Source: Acidimicrobiia bacterium (GTDB taxonomy: Bacteria; Actinomycetota; Acidimicrobiia; Spongiisociales; Spongiisociaceae). From it: 64,000 nucleotides of DNA. A program made the position numbers and the translations under genes. Under the pieces are notes generated by a model. The model searched no databases. It was not told the DNA's origin and worked only from the letters and a program-made list of their open reading frames with translations. Numbering within the stretch: position 1 is the first letter of the stretch; every line of letters starts with the position of its first letter. The stretch is from positions 1,702 through 65,701 of the forward strand of contig QIDH01000057.1 in NCBI GenBank assembly GCA_003229305.1. The letters run 5' to 3'. Below, piece after piece: positions 31,257 through 39,970 of this stretch.

Positions 31257-31712
31257 ATGCGGGTGGTGGTTCAGCGGGTCAGTTCGGCGGAGGTGTTAGT
31301 CGCAGGCGATGTTGTCGGCAGCATCGCTGCTGGCCTGTTGCTGCTCGTCGGAATCGCCGAATCTGACACCGCGGCAGATCTCGATGCCATCGCCACCAAA
31401 ATCGCCGGGCTGCGAATCTTCAGTGATGAAGAGGGCAAGATGAATCACTCTCTGGCCGATGTCGGAGGTCAGATTCTGGCGGTGAGTCAATTCACGCTGC
31501 TTGCAGACATCCGAAAGGGACGGCGTCCCAGTTTCACGAGTGCGGCCAGACCGGAGTCGGCGTTGTCGAGCTTCGATGCCTTTTGTGATCTGCTGACGGT
31601 CGAGGGCTTCGAGGTGGAGACGGGTCGTTTCGGCGCCAACATGGAGGTCCGCCTGGTCAACGACGGCCCTGTGACCATCGTCGTCGAGACGGCTGATGGT
31701 CGGGTGATCTGA
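31257..31712 (+). CDS. dtd: D-aminoacyl-tRNA deacylase
   Basis: [26 protein letters not shown]; TACATT-7nt-ATG. Confidence 0.96.
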   Translation: MRVVVQRVSSAEVLVAGDVVGSIAAGLLLLVGIAESDTAADLDAIATKIAGLRIFSDEEGKMNHSLADVGGQILAVSQFTLLADIRKGRRPSFTSAARPESALSSFDAFCDLLTVEGFEVETGRFGANMEVRLVNDGPVTIVVETADGRVI

Positions 31713-31716
31713 TTCC

Positions 31717-31767
31717 TGTGCTCGTGAGGTGGCTCCGGCCCGGCGTTGAGCACACGACCGGAGCCAC
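31717..31767. terminator. Stem-loop / possible pseudoknot between convergent genes
   Basis: GTGGCTCCGG (31729-38)/CCGGAGCCAC (31758-67); TGTGCTC (31717-23) is complementary to loop GAGCACA (31748-54). Confidence 0.5.
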
Positions 31768-31787
31768 GATTGAAACGGGCTGCTGGA

Positions 31788-32108
31788 CTACATCCCTAGA
31801 TCGATGGTCTCGTACACGTTTACCGTGCCGCCATTCTTGAGCACCGGACAACCCTGGGCCATGGTCACCGCCGCGTCGAGCGTGTCCGCGGAGAGGATCG
31901 AATAGCCGGACAGATGCATTGCGCCTGCCCCATCGGAAACCGAGCTGTTGGTGATTGTCTTGGCCTGAGCGGTCGGCGCGCCACCGTCGACTAGTCCTTC
32001 GCCGAGCCCCCCGAACCAAGCTCCCCAGGCTTGCATCTCTGCCGCTTGATCCTCTTCGGATTCCGGCATGCCGGAGCCGCCGTGATATGCCAAAAGATAG
32101 TTCGCCAT
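31788..32108 (-). CDS. YciI/YCII-related protein
   Basis: MANYLLAY..WGAWF..LVDGGAP..SGYSIL..GCP..VNVYE; GGAG RBS. Confidence 0.82.
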   Translation of the reverse strand: MANYLLAYHGGSGMPESEEDQAAEMQAWGAWFGGLGEGLVDGGAPTAQAKTITNSSVSDGAGAMHLSGYSILSADTLDAAVTMAQGCPVLKNGGTVNVYETIDLGM

Positions 32109-32163
32109 GATCTTCTCCTATGGATCGCACGCGACTGCGTCCTGCTGTCGCTGTTGAAGCCAC

Positions 32164-32200
32164 GACGGACTTCAATACCGGATTTCGACATCGAAATCCG
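32164..32200 (-). promoter_or_regulatory. ECF42-like promoter inside a perfect palindrome
   Basis: Minus strand TGTCGA (32190-32185), 17 nt, CGTC (32167-32164); CGGATTTCGA-ca-TCGAAATCCG at 32179-32200. Confidence 0.55.
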
Positions 32201-32234
32201 TCGGGTCCGCCTCTCAACGATCTCGGCGATCCGA

Positions 32235-35200
32235 CTAATCGCTGTTGGCGGCGACCCACTCCTTGCCTGGTTCGCAGAAGCGTTGAAAGTCGCAGTGGTG
32301 GCAGGCGGGGGAGGGAGTTGGGGTCCAATCCTGGGCTTCGATGCCGCCGAATAGTTCGCCGAGCCGGTCTTGTGCATTCTCCAACCATTCGCCATCGACG
32401 TCTTGGCTGACTTCGTCCAATCCGTCGCCGAAGTAGGCGAAGGTCACCTTGAGAGGGTCTGGCGGTGCAGCCGAAAAGCCCGGTGCCGTCACGGCCATCG
32501 CGTAGGCCTGGAGCTGCACGGTCGCCGCAGGGTCGTTTCGGTTGCGTCCGCTCTTGAAATCGACCACCTCCCATCCGTTCTCTGAGTGCGGGTAGATGGC
32601 GTCGATGCGGCCCCTCACCCAGACGCCCTCACTGACCCGCAGGTCGAATGGCATCTCGACATGCACAGGCAACACGGTCCCGAATCGAGAGGTCTTGAAC
32701 ACTTTGAACGCGTTCGGTCGGCCGGCGGTGGAGGCCTCTGCGTCATCCCGGCCGTCGGGCGTTGTGTCGTAAACGATCTCATCGATGTCATCGAGCGGGA
32801 TGTTGCCGCGATTGTGGATCTCGATCTTGCGGTGCAGTTCGACCCCACGTCGAGCGGCAGTTGACGGCCGCCTCGGAAGTCGGTCGACCTCCGACCAGAA
32901 ATACCGTTTCGGACAGGTCGCATATGTGACGAGACCGGTGACCGAGGCCCGCGTGATCGGGTCTGGTCGGTCGGCCGAACCCTCGGATTCGGGGAGGGAA
33001 AAAAGCATTGTCTGGAACTCGTCCACCGCATCATCGTACGGACCGGTGACTCCAAGAGATTCCGCTCGGGTTCTGGTCCAGGAGGGGTTGGTGATAGTGG
33101 CCCGCATCGCCGCGTCCCAGGACATGCCGAAGTGCGGGTCGGGGCCTGGCCCAGGGACCGATGCCCTGACGACCGGAGGCCGATCCTGTGGGTCGTCGAT
33201 CCAGGCGGCCGTCGTTACGTGCTCCAACCCGCGGACGAGCTCGAGGAGGGCGCTCGGTTTGACCGGCCTCATGTTTGGCTCAGGGTTGCCGTACCACGAA
33301 GCACCACTGAGGATCAGGTGCTGCTGGGCCCTGGTGACGGCCACGTACGCGAGGCGCCACTCCTGGTCCTCGTGGGCGGCCCGAAGAATCGCTCGGCGTT
33401 CCTTGACGTCCATGTCCGGCCCGATCCTTGGACGCTCGTCGCGGTCGAGACGCAGATCGTCGGGGAGAACGGCCGGCCTCGCATACGGATCGTCGAATGA
33501 GCGCACTCTGGACGGGAAGTTGTTGTGATAGACCGCCGGGATGAAAACGACCGGCCATTCCAAACCCTTGGCCCTGTGCACGGTCAGCAGAGTGATCGCG
33601 TCGTCAGTGCCGACCCGAGCCGTGTCAAGCTCCTCGATCTCTTCTTCCATCATCAAAGAGAGATAGGCGAGAAACGCTTCGAGGGACGGCCTGCCCTCGA
33701 GCGGACTCCAGTCTTCGGCCAAATCGAGGAAGCGATACACGTTGAGGCGGGCGGACAACCTGGCGGCCTCCGGCATCGCGTCGATCTCGTTCCAGGCATC
33801 GGTGACGGTCAGGATCTGGCGGACCAGTTCGATCAACGCGACTCCCTGGGCGAGGGTGACCAGCTCCAGGTAGGTGTCTGCGAACTCGCGAAGGCGAGAG
33901 CGGATGTCCTCGTCCAGATTCAGCTCGTCGACATTATCGAGGGCTTCGACGAGCGTGTGGGCAGGGACCGCCTCGTGATCGACCGCGTACGGGTCGGTTT
34001 TGGAGCGAGCCTGCGCCCAGTCGGTGAGTGCCTTCAGGCCCACCATGCCAAGTCGATAGCGGGTGCCGGAGAGGAGCCTGGCAAGGGCAGGTCCGTCTTC
34101 GGGTGAGGCGATCAGCCTCAGCCATGCGTGGATCTCCACAATCTCGGGGATGCCGAGCAGCCCGCCGAGGTTGGCCACCTGGACGGGGATTTCATGGTCG
34201 TCCATGGCGTCGCGCACCAGCGCAATATCCTTGTTCTTGCGAAATAGGACCGCCATGTCCTTCCAGGCGAACCCGTCGTCATGAAGCCGGCGGGCTTCGT
34301 CAGCGATCAGGTTGGCCTCATCGCCTGCGGTCCGTAGCCAGGCAGCGGCGACGGCTGCCGATGGGTTGTCCTTGTGCGGCACAAGGGGAGTGCCTCCTCC
34401 ATCACTGATGTTGAGTCTGACCGCGTTGGCGACGTCGAGGATCAACCGACCAGACCGCCGGTTGACCGACAAGGGCAGGGTCGCGGCCTGGCTGCCGTCT
34501 TCGTTCGGAAAATGTTTCGGAAAATCGCGGAAGTTGCCAAGAGAGGCTCCCCGCCACTCGTAGATCGTCTGGTCGAGGTCGCCTACGGCGGTGATGATGG
34601 CGCCATCGGTGAATAGCGACTGGAGGAGGAGGCGCTGGGCGGGGTTGGTGTCCTGATACTCGTCGAGTACGACCGACTGGTAGCGACCGGCCACGCTGTT
34701 GGCCACCTCAGAAAACTCGCTGACCAGCCGGTATGCGAGACGCACCAGGTCGCCGTAGTCCAGAACGTCCAGTGCTTTCTTGTATGCCTGATAGTTGCGA
34801 AGCGCTCCGGCCATCTCCCGCCTCTGGACCATGATCTCGTCTGGTTGGTCCGGTGTGGCGGAAATCAGATCTTGAGCCGTCTTCAGGTTATCCGAGAGGT
34901 CGGATTCGAGCTTGAGAAGGGCGGGAATGATGTGTCGGCGGGCCGTTATGTCGACCGTCGAGAATTCGGCCCGTCTGATCGCCTCGAACAACAACTGGCG
35001 ACCGAAAGTTGGAGTGATGATCTGAGCAGAGCGCTCCACGCCGACGAGGGCACCGTGATCGGCGAGCAACTGGGAGGCAAAACCGTGGTAGGTGTGAATC
35101 TCGACCGACTCGCTGGGATCGGCTGCCCCCAGAACGGTGCGGATCTTGTCGGTGAGCTCGAATGCAGCCTTGTTGGTGAAGGTGATTCCCAAGATTCGCC

Positions 35201-35348
35201 CTGGGGCGATGTTGTGCTCGGTCACCAGGGCAGCCACCCGGTGAGCGACGGTGGTCGTCTTGCCGGTCCCGGCGCCGGCGGCCACTCTGAGAGGGGCGAG
35301 CGGGGCGTTGATGATGGCGGCCTGCTCTGACGAAGGCGTGAAGGTCAT
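32235..35348 (-). CDS. adnB: AdnB-like UvrD helicase with C-terminal PD-(D/E)XK nuclease
   Basis: AGAGTGKT, TFTNKAA, DEYQD, GDLDQTIYEWRGA, TVHRAKGLE, YVAVTRA, GRIDA..VDFKSG. Confidence 0.88.
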   Translation of the reverse strand: MTFTPSSEQAAIINAPLAPLRVAAGAGTGKTTTVAHRVAALVTEHNIAPGRILGITFTNKAAFELTDKIRTVLGAADPSESVEIHTYHGFASQLLADHGALVGVERSAQIITPTFGRQLLFEAIRRAEFSTVDITARRHIIPALLKLESDLSDNLKTAQDLISATPDQPDEIMVQRREMAGALRNYQAYKKALDVLDYGDLVRLAYRLVSEFSEVANSVAGRYQSVVLDEYQDTNPAQRLLLQSLFTDGAIITAVGDLDQTIYEWRGASLGNFRDFPKHFPNEDGSQAATLPLSVNRRSGRLILDVANAVRLNISDGGGTPLVPHKDNPSAAVAAAWLRTAGDEANLIADEARRLHDDGFAWKDMAVLFRKNKDIALVRDAMDDHEIPVQVANLGGLLGIPEIVEIHAWLRLIASPEDGPALARLLSGTRYRLGMVGLKALTDWAQARSKTDPYAVDHEAVPAHTLVEALDNVDELNLDEDIRSRLREFADTYLELVTLAQGVALIELVRQILTVTDAWNEIDAMPEAARLSARLNVYRFLDLAEDWSPLEGRPSLEAFLAYLSLMMEEEIEELDTARVGTDDAITLLTVHRAKGLEWPVVFIPAVYHNNFPSRVRSFDDPYARPAVLPDDLRLDRDERPRIGPDMDVKERRAILRAAHEDQEWRLAYVAVTRAQQHLILSGASWYGNPEPNMRPVKPSALLELVRGLEHVTTAAWIDDPQDRPPVVRASVPGPGPDPHFGMSWDAAMRATITNPSWTRTRAESLGVTGPYDDAVDEFQTMLFSLPESEGSADRPDPITRASVTGLVTYATCPKRYFWSEVDRLPRRPSTAARRGVELHRKIEIHNRGNIPLDDIDEIVYDTTPDGRDDAEASTAGRPNAFKVFKTSRFGTVLPVHVEMPFDLRVSEGVWVRGRIDAIYPHSENGWEVVDFKSGRNRNDPAATVQLQAYAMAVTAPGFSAAPPDPLKVTFAYFGDGLDEVSQDVDGEWLENAQDRLGELFGGIEAQDWTPTPSPACHHCDFQRFCEPGKEWVAANSD

Positions 35349-38300
35349 CGGACGAACGCCTCTCGTCCTTCTGGCCATTCCGGGCAAATGAGTTTCACAG
35401 TGCAGCGATTGCAGTGGCGGTTGGGTGTTGCAGGCCATTCTTCAGCCGAGATCCCGTTGGCGATCTCGACCAGACGTTCACGAACCATTTCGACGTTGGC
35501 CGGGTCGAATCTGATCGGTTTCGGAGTTTTGAGCGGATACCAGAATTCGGCCTCGCTCACATCGCCGTGCACGGTGATCTCTGGGTCTTGCGCCGCGGCG
35601 AGCATGTAGAACCCCAGTTGGAGTGACTCGGCTGCATCCTTCTGGGTGGGGGTGGTCTTCGAGGTCTTGTAGTCGACAATTCTCAGCCCGCCTGGGCCTT
35701 TTTCGATTCGATCGGCGATTCCTCTCCAAAGCGTGCCATCGATATCCAACTCCAAGTGGCGCTCGAGCAATACAGGCTTCGCGTCCGGCTGAGGCCAAGC
35801 TTCGTACAGCAGATCGAGGAGCAGATCGGCCCGTCGCCGCCAGGCCGCCTGCCAAGCCCCCTCACCGAAATCATGTTCGGCGAATATCTGCTCAAGGGCT
35901 GACGCGGCCTCGAGCCGGTTGGACCTGCGATCGTGATCGTCCAGCGCTCGGGTTTCGGCCAATTCGAGGACTTCGTGGATCATCGAGCCGAAGGTGGCGT
36001 ATGGCGACCCTGAATCAGCAATGTGGAGGCGGCGCTCCATTGCGTATCGGCGCGGGCAGGTGGCGTAGGAATCTGCCTGAGATGGCGACAAGGCGAGACT
36101 TTCGGGCAGAATCCCTCGATCGATACCCCTGTCTCGCACCATGGTGAACTGATCGGCCGGACGCATGATGGGCAGCGGCGCATCGACCAATACCTGCACG
36201 GCAGCGAGCCGCTGGTGCGGCGGTCGGTGAGGATCGGTGAGGATCGAACGCAGTATTGCCTCAGCCTCGCCCACTGTGACGGGTTCGCCATCCTGGGCCT
36301 GCGGTGGACCCAGCGCGGCCGCGTCATCGGCGCCGGCCACCATCGCCAGGAAGCGACTCGGTCGTTTCTGCCCCTCGTCGATGCCTGCGCTGGTGGCGGT
36401 CCACACGACCCTGGTCTTGGCTCTGGTCATCGCCGTGTATGCGAGGCGCATTTCCTCCTGGAGGCGGAGGCGGAGGGACTCGGCTGGGTCGGCGCCCGCA
36501 TCACCGAGATGCTCGGTCGCGAGCAGGGAAGCCCGCTGCCGAAGATCCGGAAACACGCCTTCGACCGCATCTGCGATGAACACGACGTCGAACTCCAGGC
36601 CCTTCGATTGGTGCAAGGTCGTGAGCGTGATCTGGTCGCGACTCGTCGACGATCGGCCAAGTAGCGGCTCGGCTTCTATGTCGTCTGCGTCTGCCCTGCG
36701 GACGAACTCGATGAGAGTGGCCTTGGGGTCACGTTCGTTCAAGCGACCCAGTACTTGACTCAGCGACGTCCAGGCCGCCCGGTATCCGGCGCGCTCTGGG
36801 TCGAGCACCAGGTTGCCGATCTGGGGAACCGAGGTCCAAATGTGCCAGAACGCCTCGGTTGCTGGTTGGTCCAGCCAGTCGGCGTCGGCGATGAGGGAGG
36901 CGATTGGCTGAGCTTGGGGGAGCTCGGCAGCCAAAAGATCCGGCCATGCTTGGCCGCGCCGAATCCTGGATCTCGCCAGTGAGCGCTCCTCGGTTATTCC
37001 CACGGCCAGCAACGGGCCGAGGAGTAGGCGCCGTACCGAACGCTCGAACTGGGACTCGATCGGGGTGATGGAGGGGTGGTCAGGTTCGAGTGCCGACAGA
37101 TCGCGGAGGCCAACGGCGGCTCTCACCAAGTCGAACAGAACCTGGACGGCCGGGTGATCCGTCAGCCGAGCGTCTGGCGGTTCGTGGGGTACGCCGCGCC
37201 GGTCGAGCGCCCTCGACAATTCGGGGAGCAACCGGCGTTTGGTGCGAACCAGTACTGCCATCCGGCGGTACGCGACGCCCTGCTCCAAATGCACGCGCCT
37301 GGCCTCGGTGGCGATCCAGTCGGCCTCTTGAGAATGCTGATCGAACACGAATACGTCCACTCTTCCGCTGTGTGGGGCGGGTTCGACTTGGCCGGCCGCG
37401 CCTGGCAGAGCGCCGGAGGAGGTAACTCGTTCCGCTGCCCTGAGAATCTCCGCAGGCACTCGGAAGGAGGTGGCCAGCACTATCCGTCTGGCTGGGTGAC
37501 CGTCCAGGTCCACGAACCGCTCAGGGAAATCCGCGACGTTGTGTAGCTCGGTACCGCGGAAGCTGTATACAGATTGGTAGGGGTCGGCGGCCGCCAGCAG
37601 GTTGCGATGACTCAGAGTCAGGTTGGCGAGTAGTTCTGCCTGGGCAAGGCTGGTGTCCTGGTATTCGTCGACGATTATGTATTCGAACTGGGCGGCTACT
37701 GATCTGGCTACCTCGGGATCGGCCAGGGCACTGACGGCCCGGTACTGAAGCGTCCCGTAGTCGATCCTGTCTGTAGCCGACAGCTCGGCGTCGTAACGAG
37801 CGATGAAGGCCGGAAGGGCGCGCCAGTCGTCACGCCCTGCGGCGAGTTCTGCGATGGCGTGCACGTCGAGTAGCCGTTCGCGGGAACGAAGGATGTAGTC
37901 GGTGACCTCTCCTGCGAACGTTCGACTTCCAAGCAGAGGTTGGAACATCAGCGGCCACTTCTTGGGCTGCTCCGCCTTCAAGAGTTGACCGACGAGGTCG
38001 ATCTGTTCCGGACCGGTGAGGATGGCAGGGTGCTTGCTCCATCCGAAGGCACTCTCGCCGTGCACTTCGAGTATTCGGGAACAGAAGGAATGGAATGTGG
38101 AAGCGGGCACCCCCGAGACCGTCCTGTCTACTTGCGCCAATATCCGCTCTCGGAGGTCGGCCGCGGCTCGGCGCGAGAATGTGAGGGTCAGTACTGATTC
38201 CGGCAGGACCGCCAGCTCGTTTATCAGGTGCGTCGCGCGCCTAACCAGAAACTCCGACTTACCGGCGCCTGGGCCCGCCACGACCAGCTGGGGGCCGCCG

Positions 38301-38386
38301 ACCATGGCGACGGCTTCTAGCCAGTCGGAAGGCATGATCCGCCAATCGGCCGTACGCCTCGCTCGTTCTTCGGGCTGACCGGTCAC
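35345..38386 (-). CDS. adnA: AdnA-like UvrD helicase with C-terminal PD-(D/E)XK nuclease
   Basis: AGPGAGKS, DEYQD, TLHQSKGLE, YTAMTRA, GIADRI..VDYKT; ATGA coupling to adnB; TAGCCT-7nt-GTG. Confidence 0.88.
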   Translation of the reverse strand: MTGQPEERARRTADWRIMPSDWLEAVAMVGGPQLVVAGPGAGKSEFLVRRATHLINELAVLPESVLTLTFSRRAAADLRERILAQVDRTVSGVPASTFHSFCSRILEVHGESAFGWSKHPAILTGPEQIDLVGQLLKAEQPKKWPLMFQPLLGSRTFAGEVTDYILRSRERLLDVHAIAELAAGRDDWRALPAFIARYDAELSATDRIDYGTLQYRAVSALADPEVARSVAAQFEYIIVDEYQDTSLAQAELLANLTLSHRNLLAAADPYQSVYSFRGTELHNVADFPERFVDLDGHPARRIVLATSFRVPAEILRAAERVTSSGALPGAAGQVEPAPHSGRVDVFVFDQHSQEADWIATEARRVHLEQGVAYRRMAVLVRTKRRLLPELSRALDRRGVPHEPPDARLTDHPAVQVLFDLVRAAVGLRDLSALEPDHPSITPIESQFERSVRRLLLGPLLAVGITEERSLARSRIRRGQAWPDLLAAELPQAQPIASLIADADWLDQPATEAFWHIWTSVPQIGNLVLDPERAGYRAAWTSLSQVLGRLNERDPKATLIEFVRRADADDIEAEPLLGRSSTSRDQITLTTLHQSKGLEFDVVFIADAVEGVFPDLRQRASLLATEHLGDAGADPAESLRLRLQEEMRLAYTAMTRAKTRVVWTATSAGIDEGQKRPSRFLAMVAGADDAAALGPPQAQDGEPVTVGEAEAILRSILTDPHRPPHQRLAAVQVLVDAPLPIMRPADQFTMVRDRGIDRGILPESLALSPSQADSYATCPRRYAMERRLHIADSGSPYATFGSMIHEVLELAETRALDDHDRRSNRLEAASALEQIFAEHDFGEGAWQAAWRRRADLLLDLLYEAWPQPDAKPVLLERHLELDIDGTLWRGIADRIEKGPGGLRIVDYKTSKTTPTQKDAAESLQLGFYMLAAAQDPEITVHGDVSEAEFWYPLKTPKPIRFDPANVEMVRERLVEIANGISAEEWPATPNRHCNRCTVKLICPEWPEGREAFVR

Positions 38387-38417
38387 TTGGGCAAGGCTAG
38401 GCGAATGCCTGGTCGGC

Positions 38418-38621
38418 TCAGGCGGCGACCTCGGCCATCGATGGCGTGCTCGATGAACCAAAGGTTGGGTTGGACGGTTCGAAGCTCAGTCCGGCGGCGA
38501 GGAGGTTCGCCTCCGCGGCCGCAAACTGCATAGAGGCGCGCCGGTCGCGTCTCGACGCTCGCAATCGCTGCGTCATGATCGAGATGGGTCCGAGCTGGGT
38601 CTGTCTGCTGGTGAGTTCCAT
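38418..38621 (-). CDS. Small hypothetical protein (67 aa)
   Basis: Fills the gap between bmt and adnA; TATGTT-6nt-ATG leaderless signature. Confidence 0.5.
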   Translation of the reverse strand: MELTSRQTQLGPISIMTQRLRASRRDRRASMQFAAAEANLLAAGLSFEPSNPTFGSSSTPSMAEVAA

Positions 38622-38701
38622 AGTGTCAACATACGGGGCGGGTGTGACATTCTTGCGAGGCCTTGTTTCTGATCACCTCCGCAAGAGGTCGCCTGACCCG
38701 G

Positions 38702-39724
38702 CTACGACACGCCGACTGAGCGAGAGCGGCGTCGATTGCGTCTTGCCTGGCCTCTTTCGATCTCATCTGAGACGCGGCCGAGCCGGTCCGAGATCTCTTC
38801 CGTGGTCGGTCGCGGCCCAGAGAGGTCGGCGTCCACCGTGGACCGGATGACGCTGATGTGGTCGAAGCTTGAACCGCAGCATGCTCCGACGATGCGAGCT
38901 CCCGCCCGCACCGCGAGTTCTGTGTAGGCGGCCATGTCCTCTGGGCCTGACGGATAGCTGAGAGCTTCGTCCTTGTAGAGCGGGATGCCACAGTTTCCCT
39001 TCGCAATCACGATCGCGTCCGGGGCGGCGGCGGTGATGGCGGCTGCCGCCTGCACCACGTCTGAGGGTCCGACTCCGCAGTTAGCCCCGATGGCCGTTGG
39101 CCGGGTTTCATGTCCGAGCCACCATTCGCCGATAGATGTCGGGGCGATCCCCATCATCGTGTGCCCGTTGGTGTCGAAACTCAGTGTGGTGACCACTGGG
39201 ATGTCTCGTCCGGACGCTGCCTCGACCGCCGCCGCGAGTTCTTCCCACGACGAGATGGTCTCGATCCACAACACGTCGACGCCCGCCTCGATCAGGGCAT
39301 CAGCCTGTTCGGAGAAGATTCGCACGCCCTGGTCGTGGGTGAGCGGCCCTAGCGGTTCGAACAGCTCACCTGTAGGACCCATCGAGCCGGCGACAGCGAC
39401 CATTCGGTCGGCATCGTCGGCAACCTGCCTTGCGACGCCGACAGCTGCCCGGTTAAGTTCTGCGACCCGGTCCTCGAGCCCGTGGAGCGCCAACCTGGCG
39501 CGGGTGCCGCCGAAAGTATTGGTGAGGACGATGTCCGCTCCAGCTTTGACGTACCCTGAGTGAACTTTGGCGATCAGATCAGGCTGGTCGACGTTGAGGA
39601 GCTCTGGACAACCCCCGCTTTCGAGGCCTAGCTCGAACAGCGCGGTGCCCATCGCTCCATCTGCCACCAGGACCCGCTGCTCAGTCAACAGTTCGGTGAA
39701 TATCGACGGTCCGGCGGTGCTCAT
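38702..39724 (-). CDS. bmt: Stand-alone homocysteine S-methyltransferase domain (Bmt / split MetH type)
   Basis: DGAMGT, TNTFG, AGSMGPTGE, WIETIS, SFDT.G.TMMG, Zn ligands GANCG and GACCG; AAGGAG RBS. Confidence 0.88.
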   Translation of the reverse strand: MSTAGPSIFTELLTEQRVLVADGAMGTALFELGLESGGCPELLNVDQPDLIAKVHSGYVKAGADIVLTNTFGGTRARLALHGLEDRVAELNRAAVGVARQVADDADRMVAVAGSMGPTGELFEPLGPLTHDQGVRIFSEQADALIEAGVDVLWIETISSWEELAAAVEAASGRDIPVVTTLSFDTNGHTMMGIAPTSIGEWWLGHETRPTAIGANCGVGPSDVVQAAAAITAAAPDAIVIAKGNCGIPLYKDEALSYPSGPEDMAAYTELAVRAGARIVGACCGSSFDHISVIRSTVDADLSGPRPTTEEISDRLGRVSDEIERGQARRNRRRSRSVGVS

Positions 39725-39812
39725 ACTGTGACTCCTTGATGGGTCAGCAGCGGTGACGAAAGGAGGCCTTGACGATGCCAGTGCGGCGGATTGCGGATCG
39801 TCGCCTCTAGGC

Positions 39813-39866
39813 GTCGCTTTAGCGGCATTTCGTGAGCGCCCGCAAGCTGACTTCAAATCGGCGCTT
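39813..39866 (-). ncRNA. SAM-II (SAM_alpha) riboswitch
   Basis: AGCGCC-GAUUUG-AAGUCAGCUUGC-G-GGCGCU-CACGAAAUGCC-GCUAAA-GCGAC: P1 AGCGCC/GGCGCU, conserved GAUUU, UUGC and GCUAAA, pseudoknot GUC..GC/GC-GAC; upstream of a methionine-synthesis gene. Confidence 0.85.
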
Positions 39867-39883
39867 ATTCTTATTGTCGACAC

Positions 39884-39889
39884 AGTATA
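39884..39889 (-). promoter_or_regulatory. -10 element for the riboswitch-bmt transcript
   Basis: TATACT about 18 nt upstream of the aptamer. Confidence 0.55.
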
Positions 39890-39970
39890 CCCGCTTCGAA
39901 GCAGTTTTGAGATCCGGGACCCGAGAACGGTGCTGGTGAGCACCAAAGATGGTTCCTACAATCTCGACGC

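Noticed and set aside
31717-31767. HDV-like ribozyme or SAH riboswitch
   Set aside because: No room for P3/L3/P1.1/P4, and the SAH consensus bases are missing
38394-38415. PafBC promoter for adnAB
   Set aside because: A -10 is present but there is no TGTCGG-like hexamer 10 nt upstream
39725-39946. N-terminal extension of the 414-aa bmt ORF
   Set aside because: The region holds the riboswitch and promoter; the RBS supports ATG 39724
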